Shown here piece after piece: positions 63,540-64,000 of a DNA stretch of 64,000 bases. Position 1 is the first letter of the stretch. Every line of letters starts with the position of its first letter. Position numbers and translations under genes: made by a program. The DNA is taken from positions 455,279-519,278 of the forward strand of contig BFEA01000046.1 of assembly GCA_003427395.1 (NCBI GenBank), in the 5' to 3' direction. The notes under the pieces were generated by a model. The model saw only the letters and a program-made list of their open reading frames with translations, was not told where the DNA came from and made no database searches. This DNA comes from Chara braunii (Eukaryota > Plantae > Charophyceae).

Positions 63540-63790
63540 TGGATTTTTTTTATAGGGTTACCCGTTGTTCCTCGAATGACCCTCCCTGTCTAGGCACTAC
63601 CTTAGCGGATAGGTTCGCTCCACAAGAAGTGCAAACCTGGGGAAATTGAGATGGGTTGATAGGAAGTATCGACTAGAGCAATGCTTTGAAGATTCTTATG
63701 ATGAAGATGGATACTTCATCATTCGTGGGACGAAAAAAACCATTGTTGTCCAAGAGGACAAAGCAACCAACAAAATTTGGAAGCAGACCC
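63540..63790 (+). pseudogene. Degenerate fragment of an RNA polymerase second-largest subunit (RPB2/NRPD2-like)
   Basis: DEDGYFIIRGTKKTIVVQEDKATNKIW ~ conserved D.GGYFIING.EKV..AQE; upstream FIGLPVVP ~ IGKIPIM. Confidence 0.55.
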
Positions 63791-64000
63791 CCGTCCTCGG
63801 CAGGGTAACCAGTGCGTCGGTTGTCTAAACCGACCGCTAATTTGAATAGTGGTTGCCGTATTACTAGCGGAAGTCATTCATACCAAAGTTAGAAAGATAG
63901 TGAAGTCACCAATAAAGCAATGGTATCCTAACTCTTCTTGAAAGTTGGGAGATGTTTGCGTTTCTTTTCTAGCAGTTAGTATGGGGCGGAATGAAAGAAC

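Overview
Eukaryotic, repeat-saturated nuclear DNA with no intact host gene. It looks like a streptophyte alga such as Chara (inferred from the Ty3/Gypsy families, the plant-type U6 and the organellar inserts). The window is a nest of decayed Ty3/Gypsy LTR retrotransposons. (A) A ~24-kb element at 19692-43802 has giant ~7-kb LTR-like direct repeats, a largely deleted gag, PR-RT-RH-IN and a second gag-like ORF after integrase. (B) A chromovirus occupies 45813-54473. (C) Truncated gag/PR elements lie at ~10-13 kb and ~55-60 kb. (D) An inverted, diverged partial copy of the giant LTR at ~2.7-8.9 kb is interrupted by a non-autonomous TIR element. Also present are a mitochondrial+plastid mosaic insert (atp6, nad1, nad7, rpoB), an organellar-type tRNA-Leu, an RPB2-like relic, an N gap and a Nextera junction adapter artefact. 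The most unusual signal is that these retroelements carry pieces of abundant host structural RNAs on their sense strand. Each giant LTR has a condensed, collinear rRNA-like mosaic (weak 18S-like pieces, then 28S pieces) fused to a near full-length U6 snRNA, plus an array of RNA hairpins with a conserved loop and covarying stems. The chromovirus leader carries the branch-point-pairing core of U2 snRNA, and several elements share the U1 5'-end-like motif ACTTACCTG. All homologies were recognised by eye from remembered consensus sequences; no searches were run.
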